Below, one piece after another: positions 8,900 to 19,419 of a stretch of DNA of 45,439 nt; position 1 is the first letter of the stretch, and every line of letters begins with the position of its first letter. The stretch lies in the NCBI GenBank assembly GCA_031380185.1, contig JANNFT010000253.1, forward strand, positions 1-45,439, written 5' to 3'. The stretch is from Pseudomonadota bacterium. Its GTDB lineage: Bacteria; Pseudomonadota; Gammaproteobacteria; Burkholderiales; JALYOK01. Under the pieces are notes generated by a model that did not search any database, was not told where the DNA came from, and saw only the letters and a program-made list of their open reading frames with translations. A program made the translations under genes and the position numbers.

Positions 8900-11329
8900 T
8901 TAACGGGTGACAACGACAAATTCTGCTTCCGGCGCCAAAAACGCGGCAAGGATGCCGTGCAACTGGTCACGATTAACGGGCTTCTCCAAATAACCATCGA
9001 ATCCTTCTTTCAAAGCGTGCGCCACTTCCGGACCTTCAGGATGGGCGGTCATAGCGAATATGGGTTTGGCAAATCCGATATTGCGCAATTGCTTGGTAGC
9101 CGTTAGACCATCCATCACCGGCATTTCCAAATCCATCAGAACCAAATCGGGCATTTCACTCAGCGCCTTTTCCAGTGCCTGACGACCATCCCTGACGGCA
9201 ATAACGGTGACGCCCTGTTTCGTCAACATACGCGTCAGCAAATCGCGAATATCGTTGTTGTCGTCGGCGAGGAGAACGCGTCCCTGCAAACGTTGTCCGG
9301 CGATTTTCGGCGTTGACTGCACGACGGGAAGATCACTGTCCGCGCAGATTGCCGCCGGAATTCGGACCGTGAATGCACTGCCCTGACCTAAGCGCGATGC
9401 GACGGTGAGCGACCCGCCCATTAGTTCGCTCAGATTCCTGCTAATGGCTAAGCCCAGACCCGTGCCGCCATAGGCATGCTGAGTATTATCTTCGCCCTGC
9501 TTAAAAGGAATAAAGATGCGCTCCTGAACTTCCTGCGACATGCCGGCGCCAGAATCGGCGACGACGATACTCAATTGGCCGGCTTTCCAATTCAACGTCA
9601 CGTGCACAAAACCTCGCTCGGTAAACTTAATGGCGTTGCCGATCAGATTGAGCAGCACTTGACGCAAACGGAACGCGTCGAAATCTACGGTTGCCGGTAC
9701 GCCGTCGTCGAACAACGCCTTCAGCTCCAACGATTTTTCCGCGGCCATGTTGGACAAGGTCGCGACCACGTCGTCGACTACTTCGCGTATCCGCGCCGGC
9801 GCTTTAGAAATTTTCATTTGCCCCGCTTCGATCTTGCCCTGATCAAGCATGTTGTTGATTAAGGTCATTAGATGATGGCTATTTTTATCGATGACTTTGG
9901 TATATTGCCCTTGGCTTTTTTCTCCTTGCTCACTTTCCCCCAGCAATCGATTAAATCCCATGATCGCTGCAAGCGGCGTTCGTAGTTCGTGGGTCATGTG
10001 TGAAATAAATTGGCTTTTGAGTTTGTAGGATTCCTCCGCCGCTAGTTTTTCATAAAACAAGCGCTGGCGCTCGTTGTAGAGCCGCCACAGCCGGCGCACC
10101 AGGAAAAATACGAAGCAGAGTAAACCGCTAAGCAGCGGAAAACCCAGCGCCGTGGATTGTTTCTGCATATACAAAAATGACGAGACACCGCCGATAAAAA
10201 CAGGCAACAGAATAAACCCGACGGCATAGTTCAGCGGGCTACGATTCTCCCGTTCTTGGAAACTGGCGATGGGTATCAATAGCGCGAGCGCAAGCAACAC
10301 CAGGTCCCACCTCAGTTGGGGCGGCGCCAGCACTTCGTCTTTTTCCAGCAACTGACTGACTTGTCCGAGCAAATGTAATCCGGCGGTTCGGCCAAACATC
10401 GTGTTCTGATAGTCATTTATCGATTCTGCGGTGCTGCCGACGAACACTTTGCGGCCCTTGATTTTTTCGCTGATTCCTGAATCGGAATGCATAGTCATCG
10501 CCGCATAGAACACGTCGGAAAAATGAAATCCTTCCATCGCCTTTTGATTGGCCGGAAAGCGCAAGCGCACTGAACCATCGGCATAGGTTGGCCAGGCGTG
10601 ATCGCCAATCCGAACCTGACGCGTGGTCGCGTCGTAGCGGATCTCGGGGCGAGGCTTGCCGGCAAATATTGTCGCCGCCGATAATCCCATTAGCACTTTG
10701 TCGCCGACTTGGTGCAACAATGGCACGCGTCGCAATATCCCATCCTGATCCGGCGCCACCGCGATGACACCAGCGTCCGCGAGGGGCTTGTCTTTCCACA
10801 AGAACATTGCACGCGGCAGAATGAATTGTTGCCATTGTAATGCCGGCGCGGCAGTGGGCTTACGCCAGGCAATATGTTCGAGGAGCGCGCCATTGTCGGC
10901 GCGTGAGGGCACTGTAAAGTCTCTCGCCAGCACCGCAAGTGTTACGCCGCGCGTAGCGGCCAATGTATCAGCTAGATCTTCGTCACCAGGACGCGCTTCG
11001 GAAAAAACGATGTCGAATGTAATGGAGCGCGCGCCCGCATCGCGCAGGAATTCCGTAACTTTGGCATATACCGACCGGCTATAGGGCCAGGCGCCGATCT
11101 CCGGCTCGAGCGACCTAATACTTTCTTCCGATACGTCGACGAAGACGATATCGCTGAAGTCTACGTCCTGCGCCAGCATGCGCGCCTGAACGTCGTGTAG
11201 TTGCAAATCAAGATTTTGAAAAAAATCGGCCCGTGTCACCGCATAGGCGGTGAGCAATGCGATAAACGCTATGGCAACGAAGCGCAGCAATTCCGCCGCT
11301 TGCCCGAATTTTTCCAGCTTAGCGATCAT
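8900..11329 (-). CDS. CHASE2-domain hybrid sensor histidine kinase (HisKA-HATPase-REC)
   Basis: An N-terminal TM helix, then an extracytoplasmic domain of about 330 aa with a CHASE2-like block (IVFVDVSEESIRSL...GAWPYSRSVYA...ITFDIVFSE), then three TM helices. H-box SHMTHELRTPL, N/G boxes (GNAIKFT, DSGAGMS, GGTGLGLAI) and a C-terminal REC (VLLADDNND, LVLMDLEMP). Confidence 0.85.
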   Translation of the reverse strand: MIAKLEKFGQAAELLRFVAIAFIALLTAYAVTRADFFQNLDLQLHDVQARMLAQDVDFSDIVFVDVSEESIRSLEPEIGAWPYSRSVYAKVTEFLRDAGARSITFDIVFSEARPGDEDLADTLAATRGVTLAVLARDFTVPSRADNGALLEHIAWRKPTAAPALQWQQFILPRAMFLWKDKPLADAGVIAVAPDQDGILRRVPLLHQVGDKVLMGLSAATIFAGKPRPEIRYDATTRQVRIGDHAWPTYADGSVRLRFPANQKAMEGFHFSDVFYAAMTMHSDSGISEKIKGRKVFVGSTAESINDYQNTMFGRTAGLHLLGQVSQLLEKDEVLAPPQLRWDLVLLALALLIPIASFQERENRSPLNYAVGFILLPVFIGGVSSFLYMQKQSTALGFPLLSGLLCFVFFLVRRLWRLYNERQRLFYEKLAAEESYKLKSQFISHMTHELRTPLAAIMGFNRLLGESEQGEKSQGQYTKVIDKNSHHLMTLINNMLDQGKIEAGQMKISKAPARIREVVDDVVATLSNMAAEKSLELKALFDDGVPATVDFDAFRLRQVLLNLIGNAIKFTERGFVHVTLNWKAGQLSIVVADSGAGMSQEVQERIFIPFKQGEDNTQHAYGGTGLGLAISRNLSELMGGSLTVASRLGQGSAFTVRIPAAICADSDLPVVQSTPKIAGQRLQGRVLLADDNNDIRDLLTRMLTKQGVTVIAVRDGRQALEKALSEMPDLVLMDLEMPVMDGLTATKQLRNIGFAKPIFAMTAHPEGPEVAHALKEGFDGYLEKPVNRDQLHGILAAFLAPEAEFVVVTR

Positions 11330-11523
11330 GTCAGGCCGAGTCGATTGACGTAAAACCTAATTAAAACGCAAAATCAATTGTTTGTGTAGTTCTTTTCGTG
11401 TGAAATTGAGATTATATGGGCGATATACTTCTCATTTTTGCATCGCCACAAGGCAATATCCATGCGGCGTTCCAGGCATACGCCGCCAGAAGGCAAGACA
11501 GACGGGCATCTCAGAGCATTGAT

Positions 11524-12372
11524 CTAAATGAAATTGGTGTAGGTTGCTTCGAAGACGGCAGTCTCACCGAGCATGGCGGCAACCAGCGTGATACTTCGGG
11601 TCAAGTCGCCGGAGGTCGCGAAGCGAAAACGCCCCGCTACTGGCTTGGAGATTGCAGATATCCGCCGCGACAATTCACGCGCAATCGCCGGCGCCGTATC
11701 GATAATCGTCGCGTTGGGTGCGGCGGATTGAATTGTGGCCGTTAAAAAAGGGTAGTGCGTACAGCCCAGCACCAGTGTGTCACATCCCTCGGCCAGCAGC
11801 GGCGTGACGACTTGCGTAACGATGACTTCGGTTTGCGGCGATTCGAACTCCCCGCGCTCGACCGCTTCAACCCAGCCTTCGCCGACGCGAGCGATAAAGA
11901 GTATATTCGGTGCGTCGATTCTCACTCGAGCCAGCAGCGCGGCGTAACGTTCGCTTGCGAGAGTTCTCGCCGTCGCGATCACGCCGACGTTGCCGGACTT
12001 GGTCGCGCCGGCCGCTGGCTTTAGTCCCGGTTCAACGCCGACAATAGGCAAGGAAAATTTAGCGCGTAGCGCTTGCACCGCAACGGCAGTGGCGGTGTTA
12101 CATGCAACGACGATGGCTTTTACGCCTTGTTCGATCAGCCAGGCGCCGATGCGCTCGCTGCGTTCTCGGACATATCCGTCGGACTTGTCGCCGTAGGGCG
12201 CGTAGCCGGAATCGGCGAAGTAGATGAAATTTTCCTGCGGCAGCTCCGCCCGCGCCGCGCGTAAAACTGATAATCCGCCGACGCCGGAGTCGAAGACGCC
12301 GATCGGCGCGGCGACATTCAAGCGATCAAGTTCTCGTAGGGTGCGTTTACGCACCTTATTTGCGCGGTGCAT
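11524..12372 (-). CDS. murI: glutamate racemase
   Basis: GVFDSGVGGLSVL plus the catalytic Cys motifs VVACNTA and LGCTHYP. Confidence 0.9.
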   Translation of the reverse strand: MHRANKVRKRTLRELDRLNVAAPIGVFDSGVGGLSVLRAARAELPQENFIYFADSGYAPYGDKSDGYVRERSERIGAWLIEQGVKAIVVACNTATAVAVQALRAKFSLPIVGVEPGLKPAAGATKSGNVGVIATARTLASERYAALLARVRIDAPNILFIARVGEGWVEAVERGEFESPQTEVIVTQVVTPLLAEGCDTLVLGCTHYPFLTATIQSAAPNATIIDTAPAIARELSRRISAISKPVAGRFRFATSGDLTRSITLVAAMLGETAVFEATYTNFI

Positions 12373-12450
12373 GAATGCACCCTACTTACTCCTCGCACGC
12401 AGCGCGCGCACGTTTTTGCATTCGCCGTGAAAAGAATAACGCGCCGTAAC

Positions 12451-13974
12451 TCAAATGACAGCAACGGGAATCTTGCCGATTTTCGCCTGCCACTCGCGTG
12501 GGCCGGTTTGATGCACCGACGTGCCGGTGGAATCGACCGCGACCGTGACGGGCATGTCCTGCACCGTGAATTGGTAAATCGCTTCCATACCGAGGTCGGC
12601 GAATCCGACAACTTTTGCTTCCTTGATGGCCTTCGCCACCAGATAGGCCGCCCCACCCACCGCCATCAAATACGCGGCTTTATGTTTCTTGATGGCCTCT
12701 ATGCCGGTGGGGCCACGCTCGGCCTTGCCGATCATCGCGATAAGTCCTGTTTGCGCCAACATCATCTCGGTGAATTTATCCATGCGCGTCGCGGTCGTCG
12801 GGCCCGCCGGGCCGACCACTTCGTCGCGCACCGGATCGACCGGCCCGACGTAGTAAATCACGCGATTTTTAAAATCGACCGGCAGCTTTTCACCCTTCGC
12901 GAGCATCTCTTGAATGCGCTTATGCGCTGCATCGCGACCGGTGAGCATTTTGCCGGAAAGCAGCAAGGTCTCGCCGGGTTTCCATGCGGCGACTTCTTCT
13001 TTCGTCAACGTATCCATGTTGACCCGCGTACTTTTGTTGTAGTCCGGTTGCCAGTGCACGTCTGGCCACAGGTCCAGTGATGGCGGCTCTAGATAAGCCG
13101 CTCCCGAACCGTCGAGCACGAAATGCACGTGACGGGTCGCGGCGCAGTTAGGGATCATCGCCACCGGCTTACTTGCGGCGTGGGTCGGATACATTTTTAT
13201 TTTCACGTCGAGCACCGTGGTGAGGCCGCCCAGCCCTTGCGCGCCGATGCCAAGCGCGTTGACTTTATCGTGCAGCTCGATACGCAACTCTTCAGTTTTG
13301 TCTTGCGGCCCGCGTTGCTTCAGCTCGTACATGTCGATGTCTTCCAGCAACGATTCTTTCGCCATCAACATTGCTTTCTCCGCGGTGCCGCCGATGCCGA
13401 TGCCGAGCATGCCCGGCGGACACCAGCCCGCGCCCATGGTCGGCACGGTTTTCAACACCCAATCGACCAGGGAATCGGAGGGATTGAGCATAACGAATTT
13501 CGATTTATTCTCCGAGCCGCCGCCCTTGGCCGCGACTTGCACGTCGACGCTGTTGCCGGGCACAACGTCCATTTGAATCACCGCCGGCGTGTTGTCTTTG
13601 GTATTTTTGCGCTCGAATTGCGGATCGGCGACGATAGAGGCGCGCAGCTTGTTTTCCGGATCGTTGTAACCGCGCCGTACACCTTCGTTGATGGCGTCGT
13701 GAATCGATCCGGCGAAGCCTTCCCACTTGACGTCCATGCCGATTTTGAGGAAAACATTGACGATGCCGGTATCCTGACACACCGGACGCTTGCCTTCCGC
13801 GCTCATACGGGAGTTGGTTAGGATCTGCGCGATCGCGTCTTTGGCGGCGGGACTTTGTTCCGATTCGTACGCGCGCGCGAGATGCTGAATATAATCGGCG
13901 GGGTGGTAATAGGAAATGAACTGCAGCGCGTTGGCGATGCTCTGAATGAGGTCGTCCTGTTTGATGATAGTCAT
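12451..13974 (-). CDS. fumA: class I (Fe-S dependent) fumarate hydratase
   Basis: 507 aa with the two-domain FumA/TtdAB-type layout. It has the cluster-ligand motif CQDTGIV and a C-terminal beta-domain (IGKAERGP). Confidence 0.9.
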   Translation of the reverse strand: MTIIKQDDLIQSIANALQFISYYHPADYIQHLARAYESEQSPAAKDAIAQILTNSRMSAEGKRPVCQDTGIVNVFLKIGMDVKWEGFAGSIHDAINEGVRRGYNDPENKLRASIVADPQFERKNTKDNTPAVIQMDVVPGNSVDVQVAAKGGGSENKSKFVMLNPSDSLVDWVLKTVPTMGAGWCPPGMLGIGIGGTAEKAMLMAKESLLEDIDMYELKQRGPQDKTEELRIELHDKVNALGIGAQGLGGLTTVLDVKIKMYPTHAASKPVAMIPNCAATRHVHFVLDGSGAAYLEPPSLDLWPDVHWQPDYNKSTRVNMDTLTKEEVAAWKPGETLLLSGKMLTGRDAAHKRIQEMLAKGEKLPVDFKNRVIYYVGPVDPVRDEVVGPAGPTTATRMDKFTEMMLAQTGLIAMIGKAERGPTGIEAIKKHKAAYLMAVGGAAYLVAKAIKEAKVVGFADLGMEAIYQFTVQDMPVTVAVDSTGTSVHQTGPREWQAKIGKIPVAVI

Positions 13975-13998
13975 GCAGATTTTCCGAGAAGATGAGTC

Positions 13999-14544
13999 CT
14001 AATGCGGCGTCGCGCTCGCATGCGAAACCGGCGTCGACGAGATCTTATCCGTCCACGCCATAATCACTGCCGACACGACAAAGGTGAGATGTATGATCAC
14101 CTGCCACATCATGACATGCTCGGGCAACTTGCTGGCGTTGATAAAGGTTTGCAGCAAATGAATCGATGAGATGCCGATGAGCGCGGTCGCGAGTTTGACT
14201 TTTAACACACCGGCATTTACGTGGGACAGCCATTCCGGTTCGTCGGGATGGTTCTGCAGATTGAGCCGGGATACGAATGTCTCATAGCCGCCGACGATGA
14301 CCATGATCAACAGATTTGCGATCATCACCACGTCGATCAACGCCAACACCGCTAACATCAGTTCGTTTTCACTGATCGTAGTCGCCTTCGCGATCAGGTG
14401 CCACAACTCCAGCATGAAGTGGTAGACATATACGCCTTGTGCAACGATCAGGCCGAAATAAAGCGGCGCCTGCAGCCAGCGGCTGAAGAATATAATGCTG
14501 GCAATAACGTTGCGCGACGGGTTTGCGGGTAGGGAAGTCGCCAT
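13999..14544 (-). CDS. yqhA: UPF0114 (YqhA) family inner-membrane protein
   Basis: Has the [14 protein letters not shown] block typical of YqhA, and multiple TM helices. Confidence 0.7.
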   Translation of the reverse strand: MATSLPANPSRNVIASIIFFSRWLQAPLYFGLIVAQGVYVYHFMLELWHLIAKATTISENELMLAVLALIDVVMIANLLIMVIVGGYETFVSRLNLQNHPDEPEWLSHVNAGVLKVKLATALIGISSIHLLQTFINASKLPEHVMMWQVIIHLTFVVSAVIMAWTDKISSTPVSHASATPH

Positions 14545-14618
14545 GGTCTTGTTGAAATGTTCGGGTTTTGAAGTGTTGGCATTTTAACATTCACCCGCCG
14601 TCTCCTTTACCTATTTCT

Positions 14619-15437
14619 ATGAATGAAACCATGACTCAATATGAAACCTACACAGCCCTAAAGCTTAAGAAACATCCACAAGGCATTCTCGAAATCGTCA
14701 TGGGCGAGCCGGGGAAACTTTCAACGGCCGACCATCGCATGCATCACGAACTCGCGGAGATTTGGCGAACCTTCGATGCCGATCCGGACATGAAAGTCGC
14801 AATCCTACGCGGCGACGGCAAAGGTTTCTCAGGCGGCGGCGATTTAAATCTGGTGCAAGAAATGGCGAACGATTTCAACGTCCGCGCCCGCGTCTGGCGC
14901 GAGGCGAAAGACTTGGTCTACAACGTCATCAATTGCAGCAAGCCCATCGTCTCCGCCATGCACGGCCCAGCCGTCGGCGCGGGCTTGGTGGCGGGTTTGC
15001 TTGCCGACATCTCCATCGCCGCAAAAACCGCGCGCATCATCGACGGCCACACGCGCTTGGGCGTTGCCGCAGGCGATCACGCCGCAATTGTTTGGCCGTT
15101 GTTGTGCGGCATGGCGAAAGCGAAATATTATTTGTTGTTGTGCGAAACAGTCAGCGGTGAAGAAGCAGAACGCATCGGCTTGGTCTCGCTCGCCGTGGAA
15201 GAAGCCGATTTGCAAGCGAAAGCATTCGAAGTCGCGGAAAAACTCAGCCGCGGCTCGCAAACGGCGATCAAGTGGACGAAATATGCGCTCAACAATTGGT
15301 TGCGCTTGGCGGGTCCGAGCTTCGATGCGTCGCTCGCGCTCGAGTTCATGGGCTTCGCGGGACCGGACGTGCAGGAAGGTATGGCGTCGTTGCGCGAAAA
15401 ACGTCCGCCGCGCTTTGGCGGTAACGATCCATTTTAG
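14619..15437 (+). CDS. enoyl-CoA hydratase/isomerase (crotonase) family protein
   Basis: Crotonase fold motifs ([21 protein letters not shown]). The track ORF starts at 14568, only 24 nt from the divergent yqhA start. The ATG at 14619 (MNETMTQYE) is preferred; 14631 is also possible. Confidence 0.8.
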   Translation: MNETMTQYETYTALKLKKHPQGILEIVMGEPGKLSTADHRMHHELAEIWRTFDADPDMKVAILRGDGKGFSGGGDLNLVQEMANDFNVRARVWREAKDLVYNVINCSKPIVSAMHGPAVGAGLVAGLLADISIAAKTARIIDGHTRLGVAAGDHAAIVWPLLCGMAKAKYYLLLCETVSGEEAERIGLVSLAVEEADLQAKAFEVAEKLSRGSQTAIKWTKYALNNWLRLAGPSFDASLALEFMGFAGPDVQEGMASLREKRPPRFGGNDPF

Positions 15438-15440
15438 AAT

Positions 15441-15519
15441 GGTAGGGTGGACGCAGCGCAGCGGATCAACCATTTTCAGCGATGGTCGATCCAGCGCTAC
15501 ATACCTTGATCACCCTACC
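15441..15519. repeat. long imperfect palindromic (REP-like) element between convergent genes
   Basis: GGTAGGGTG (15441-15449) pairs with CACCCTACC (15511-15519). Inner pairings are GGATC/GATCC and ACCAT/ATGGT. It may act as a bidirectional terminator or mRNA stabiliser. Confidence 0.35.
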
Positions 15520-15526
15520 CGTTATA

Positions 15527-16033
15527 CTAACGATTCCAGGTCGCGTAACCCGTCGCCGTGCCGTCCGACCAATTGACTTCGGTCACGCCTACGAACTTAT
15601 TGGTTCCACTGATCCCGGCGTACTTCCCGGTGCCGCCGGTGTAGGTAAACGTTCCGGGTCCACTTGCATTGTCACCTTCGCTCGACCATGACAAATACGC
15701 CTTATCGCCATCCTTATCGGTGATCACGCAATAGCCTCCGGCCTTGCCTTTGCCGGTTGGAAAATTCAGGTCATTGTAAGCTGGACACTTTACACCGGCG
15801 TGGTGAAACAAGCTGCCTTTTCCCTTGTCGTTAAAAAACGTCCCGGTAAATTCGCCGACCCAATAGAAATGGCCCTTGTCAATTTCATAGGCTTTGCCCA
15901 CACCCAGCCAACCAAACTCGCCAACGGCCTTCCAGTCCTGGGCCTGGGCAGGCATGACTAAAGTGGAACTGATCAGTAGCGCCGCTACGGCCCAAACCCG
16001 CTTACCGAATATTCTCATTGCCAGTTGCTTCAT
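15527..16033 (-). CDS. secreted hypothetical protein (Gly/Thr-rich, beta-rich)
   Basis: 168-aa ORF with a signal peptide (AVAALLISSTLVMPAQA/QD). No family recognised. Confidence 0.55.
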   Translation of the reverse strand: MKQLAMRIFGKRVWAVAALLISSTLVMPAQAQDWKAVGEFGWLGVGKAYEIDKGHFYWVGEFTGTFFNDKGKGSLFHHAGVKCPAYNDLNFPTGKGKAGGYCVITDKDGDKAYLSWSSEGDNASGPGTFTYTGGTGKYAGISGTNKFVGVTEVNWSDGTATGYATWNR

Positions 16034-16345
16034 GATTCAACCCCCTAAAGAAATAGATTTATTGACAGTGCGCTCGGAAAACAGCACACAGCGACGAATT
16101 TACCCCTCTCTGGACAAATTGCTATACACCAAAAGACATAGGCCGAAAGTAATAGATGGACTGGATTCAAAACTTGTACGGACAAGTAAAGCGCCCGAGG
16201 TGGCCATGGGCCATTTCGACAGGATCCGCTCGGCGGAGGAATGTCCATCCATTTGCGTCCAACTCTGTAATCCCCGCCATGCGTTTCCGCGCGGCCACGG
16301 TATAATTCCCTATTCGATTCAACCGCATCTCCCGGGGGAAACCAC

Positions 16346-18325
16346 ATGGCCAATATAGAGTCCGTTCTAAACGAGAAACGATCCTTTCCGCCGCCCGAGG
16401 CCTTTGCGAAGCAAGCGAATATTTCCAGCGCCGATTTTCAGGCGATGAATGCCGAGGCCGAGGGTGATTTCGCGGGTTTTTGGGCGCGGCTCGCGCGGGA
16501 AAACCTGCACTGGCACAAGCCCTTCACGCAAACCCTGGATGAGTCAAACGCGCCGTTCTATCGCTGGTTTCACGATGGCCAGTTGAATGTTTCCTACAAC
16601 TGTCTCGACGTCAATTTACAGATCGGCAATGCCGATAAAGTCGCGATCATTTTCGAGGCGGACGACGGGGCGGTCACCAAGGTTACCTACCAGACGCTAT
16701 ATCACAAGGTCTGCCAGTTCGCTAACGGGCTAAAGTCGCTGGGCATCAAAAAAGGCGATCGGGTCATTATCTATATGCCCATGTCGATCGAAGGTGTGGT
16801 TGCGATGCAAGCCTGCGCGCGCATCGGTGCGACCCACTCGGTGGTGTTTGGCGGTTTCTCGGCGAAGAGTGTGCAGGAGCGCATCATCGACGCCGGCGCG
16901 GTGGCGCTTATCACTGCCGACGAGCAACTGCGCGGCGGCAAAGCGTTGCCGTTGAAGTCCATCGTCGACGAAGCGCTTGGACTCGGCGGTTGCGAAGCGC
17001 TCAAAAACGTCGTGATCTATAGGCGTACCGGCGGCAATATCAACGTCGCCGCCGGCCGCGATGTGTGGATGCATGATCTGATGGCCGGCAAGGCCGAGAC
17101 TTGCGAACCGGAATGGATTGACGCGGAACATCCGCTCTTTATTCTTTATACCTCGGGTTCCACCGGCAAACCAAAAGGTGTGCAGCATTCCTCCGCGGGC
17201 TATTTGCTGTGGGCGGCGTTGACGATGAAATGGGCGTTCGACATCAAGCCGAGGGATGTGTTTTGGTGTACCGCCGACATCGGCTGGGTCACGGGCCATA
17301 CTTACATTACCTACGGACCGCTCGCCATAGGCGCGACGGAAATTTTGTTCGAAGGTGTACCGACTTATCCGAACGCCGGCCGTTTCTGGGACACCATCAA
17401 CAAGCACAAAGTATCGATTTTTTACACGGCGCCAACCGCCATCCGATCCCTGATCAAAGCCTCGGACGTCAGTCCTGCCGCCCATCCGCGCAATTACGAT
17501 TTGTCAAGCTTGCGGCTGCTCGGCTCTGTCGGCGAGCCGATCAATCCGGAAGCGTGGATGTGGTATCACGAAAACATCGGCGGCGGTCGCTGCCCGATCG
17601 TCGATACATTCTGGCAAACGGAGACCGGTGGCCATATGATCACGCCGCTGCCGGGTGTCACGACGCTGGTGCCGGGCTCATGCACCTTGCCGTTGCCGGG
17701 CATCATGGCCGCCATCGTCGACGAGGCGGGGCACGATCTGCCAAACGGGCAGGGCGGTCTTCTGGTCGTCAAGCGACCGTGGCCGTCGATGATCCGCACC
17801 ATCTGGGGCGATCCCGAGCGCTTCAAAAAAAGTTATTACCCCGACGAACTCGGCGGTACGCTTTATCTCGCCGGCGACGGCGCCATACGCAATAAGGACA
17901 CCGGCAATTTCACCATCACCGGCCGCATCGATGACGTTCTGAACGTCTCCGGACATCGCATGGGCACCATGGAAATCGAATCGGCGCTGGTGTCCAACCC
18001 CCTCGTGGCCGAAGCGGCGGTAGTCGGCCGGCCCGATGACCTGACCGGTGAAGCGATCTGCGCATTCGTCGTGCTGAAACAAGCGCGGCCTAGCGGCGAG
18101 GCGGCAACGAGAATCGCCAAGGAATTGCGCGACTGGGTCGGCAAGGAGATCGGCCCGATCGCAAAACCCAAAGACATTCGTTTCGGCGATAACTTGCCGA
18201 AGACGCGCTCGGGAAAAATCATGCGACGCTTGTTGCGGGTGATTGCCAAGGGCGAAGAGATTATCCAAGACGTGTCAACCTTGGAAAATCCAGCGATCCT
18301 CGATCAGTTGAAGCAAATTCTATAG
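16346..18325 (+). CDS. acs: acetyl-CoA synthetase
   Basis: 659 aa. AMP-binding motif [20 protein letters not shown], and C-terminal [11 protein letters not shown] carrying the acetylatable Lys. Confidence 0.95.
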   Translation: MANIESVLNEKRSFPPPEAFAKQANISSADFQAMNAEAEGDFAGFWARLARENLHWHKPFTQTLDESNAPFYRWFHDGQLNVSYNCLDVNLQIGNADKVAIIFEADDGAVTKVTYQTLYHKVCQFANGLKSLGIKKGDRVIIYMPMSIEGVVAMQACARIGATHSVVFGGFSAKSVQERIIDAGAVALITADEQLRGGKALPLKSIVDEALGLGGCEALKNVVIYRRTGGNINVAAGRDVWMHDLMAGKAETCEPEWIDAEHPLFILYTSGSTGKPKGVQHSSAGYLLWAALTMKWAFDIKPRDVFWCTADIGWVTGHTYITYGPLAIGATEILFEGVPTYPNAGRFWDTINKHKVSIFYTAPTAIRSLIKASDVSPAAHPRNYDLSSLRLLGSVGEPINPEAWMWYHENIGGGRCPIVDTFWQTETGGHMITPLPGVTTLVPGSCTLPLPGIMAAIVDEAGHDLPNGQGGLLVVKRPWPSMIRTIWGDPERFKKSYYPDELGGTLYLAGDGAIRNKDTGNFTITGRIDDVLNVSGHRMGTMEIESALVSNPLVAEAAVVGRPDDLTGEAICAFVVLKQARPSGEAATRIAKELRDWVGKEIGPIAKPKDIRFGDNLPKTRSGKIMRRLLRVIAKGEEIIQDVSTLENPAILDQLKQIL

Positions 18326-18336
18326 CCCAAAATTAC

Positions 18337-19410
18337 TTGGGCATTCTGACGCGCTACCTCGCCAAGGAAGTCATTGCCGGCACGGTTCTCGTGCTGGTCG
18401 CGCTGCTGATGCTTTACTCGTTCTTCGATTTAATTTTCGAGCTGCCGCAGTTGGGCAAGGGCGGCTACCGGTTGCCGCAAATGTTTTTATTCGTTGCGCT
18501 ATCTTTGCCCGGTCATGTCTACCAACTATTTCCCATCTCGGCATTGATCGGCACGATCTACGCATTGACCCATCTTTCTACCCATTCGGAACTCACAGTC
18601 ATGCGCGCCTCGGGCTATTCGCTGGCGATGATCATGAAATTGTTGATCGTCATCGGCGCCGTTTTTGCGACGATAAATTTCGTCTTCGGCGACGTAATCG
18701 CGCCGTACTCGGATCGCATGGCGCAGAAATTTCGGTTGCAGTCGATGAATGCATTGATCGCGCAGGAATTTAGATCAGGGTTGTGGGTAAAGGATGCAAA
18801 GACCTTCGTCAACGTCGAGGAAATGTTACCGGACACAACGCTGCGAAATCTTAAGATTTACGAATTCGATGATGCCCATCGACTCAAGAGCATCAGCTTG
18901 GCGAAACGCGGCGAATATCGTGGCGCCAATAACTGGCGCATTAGCGAGGTCGAGCAAACCTTGTTTATTGGCAACACGGTGTCGCTGAAAAAACTCGTTG
19001 ATGCAACGTGGAAATCCGTTGTCACACCGGAAATCTTGTCGGTGTTGCTGGTCGTTCCGGAAAATATGTCGGTGTGGAATCTGTTCACCTACATCGAACA
19101 TTTGCGCGAGAACAAGCAAAAGACCACGCGCTACGAAATCGCCAAATGGACCAAAATCATTCATCCGTTCGCGCTGCTGGTGATGATGACGCTGGCATTG
19201 CCGTTTGCGATTTATCAGCGCCGCAGCGGCGGTCTAAGCGGAAAAATCTTCTCCGGAATCATGCTCGGCATCGGCTTTTATTTGCTCAACCGATTATTTT
19301 CCAATCTCGGCGTGCTCAACGATTGGGATCCGCTGATGAGCGCTGGCTTACCTACGCTGCTGTTTCTCGTGCTTGCCGTCACGATGATGAAGTATGTAGA
19401 GCGTCGATAG
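18337..19410 (+). CDS. lptG: LptF/LptG-family LPS export ABC permease
   Basis: 357 aa with the YjgP/YjgQ layout: N-terminal LTRYLAKEV, three TM helices, a periplasmic beta-jellyroll insert of about 130 aa, then three TM helices. TTG start 11 nt after the acs stop. The LptG versus LptF call is tentative. Confidence 0.75.
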   Translation: MGILTRYLAKEVIAGTVLVLVALLMLYSFFDLIFELPQLGKGGYRLPQMFLFVALSLPGHVYQLFPISALIGTIYALTHLSTHSELTVMRASGYSLAMIMKLLIVIGAVFATINFVFGDVIAPYSDRMAQKFRLQSMNALIAQEFRSGLWVKDAKTFVNVEEMLPDTTLRNLKIYEFDDAHRLKSISLAKRGEYRGANNWRISEVEQTLFIGNTVSLKKLVDATWKSVVTPEILSVLLVVPENMSVWNLFTYIEHLRENKQKTTRYEIAKWTKIIHPFALLVMMTLALPFAIYQRRSGGLSGKIFSGIMLGIGFYLLNRLFSNLGVLNDWDPLMSAGLPTLLFLVLAVTMMKYVERR

Positions 19411-19419
19411 GCGCTATCA

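Noticed and set aside
12367-13821. Long plus-strand ORFs (237, 232 and 119 aa) antisense to fumA
   Set aside because: These are typical shadow ORFs opposite a strongly supported GC-rich gene. They are Arg/His/Gly-rich and have no motifs.
14844-15576. 209-aa minus-strand and 191-aa plus-strand ORFs overlapping the crotonase gene
   Set aside because: These are shadow or off-frame ORFs. The N-terminus of the minus-strand ORF is encoded by the palindromic repeat at 15441-15519.
16730-18268. ORFs of 251, 228, 196 and 128 aa inside or antisense to acs
   Set aside because: acs is full-length with all signature motifs in its own frame. The alternatives have the Arg/Gly/Pro-rich composition of off-frame GC-rich sequence.
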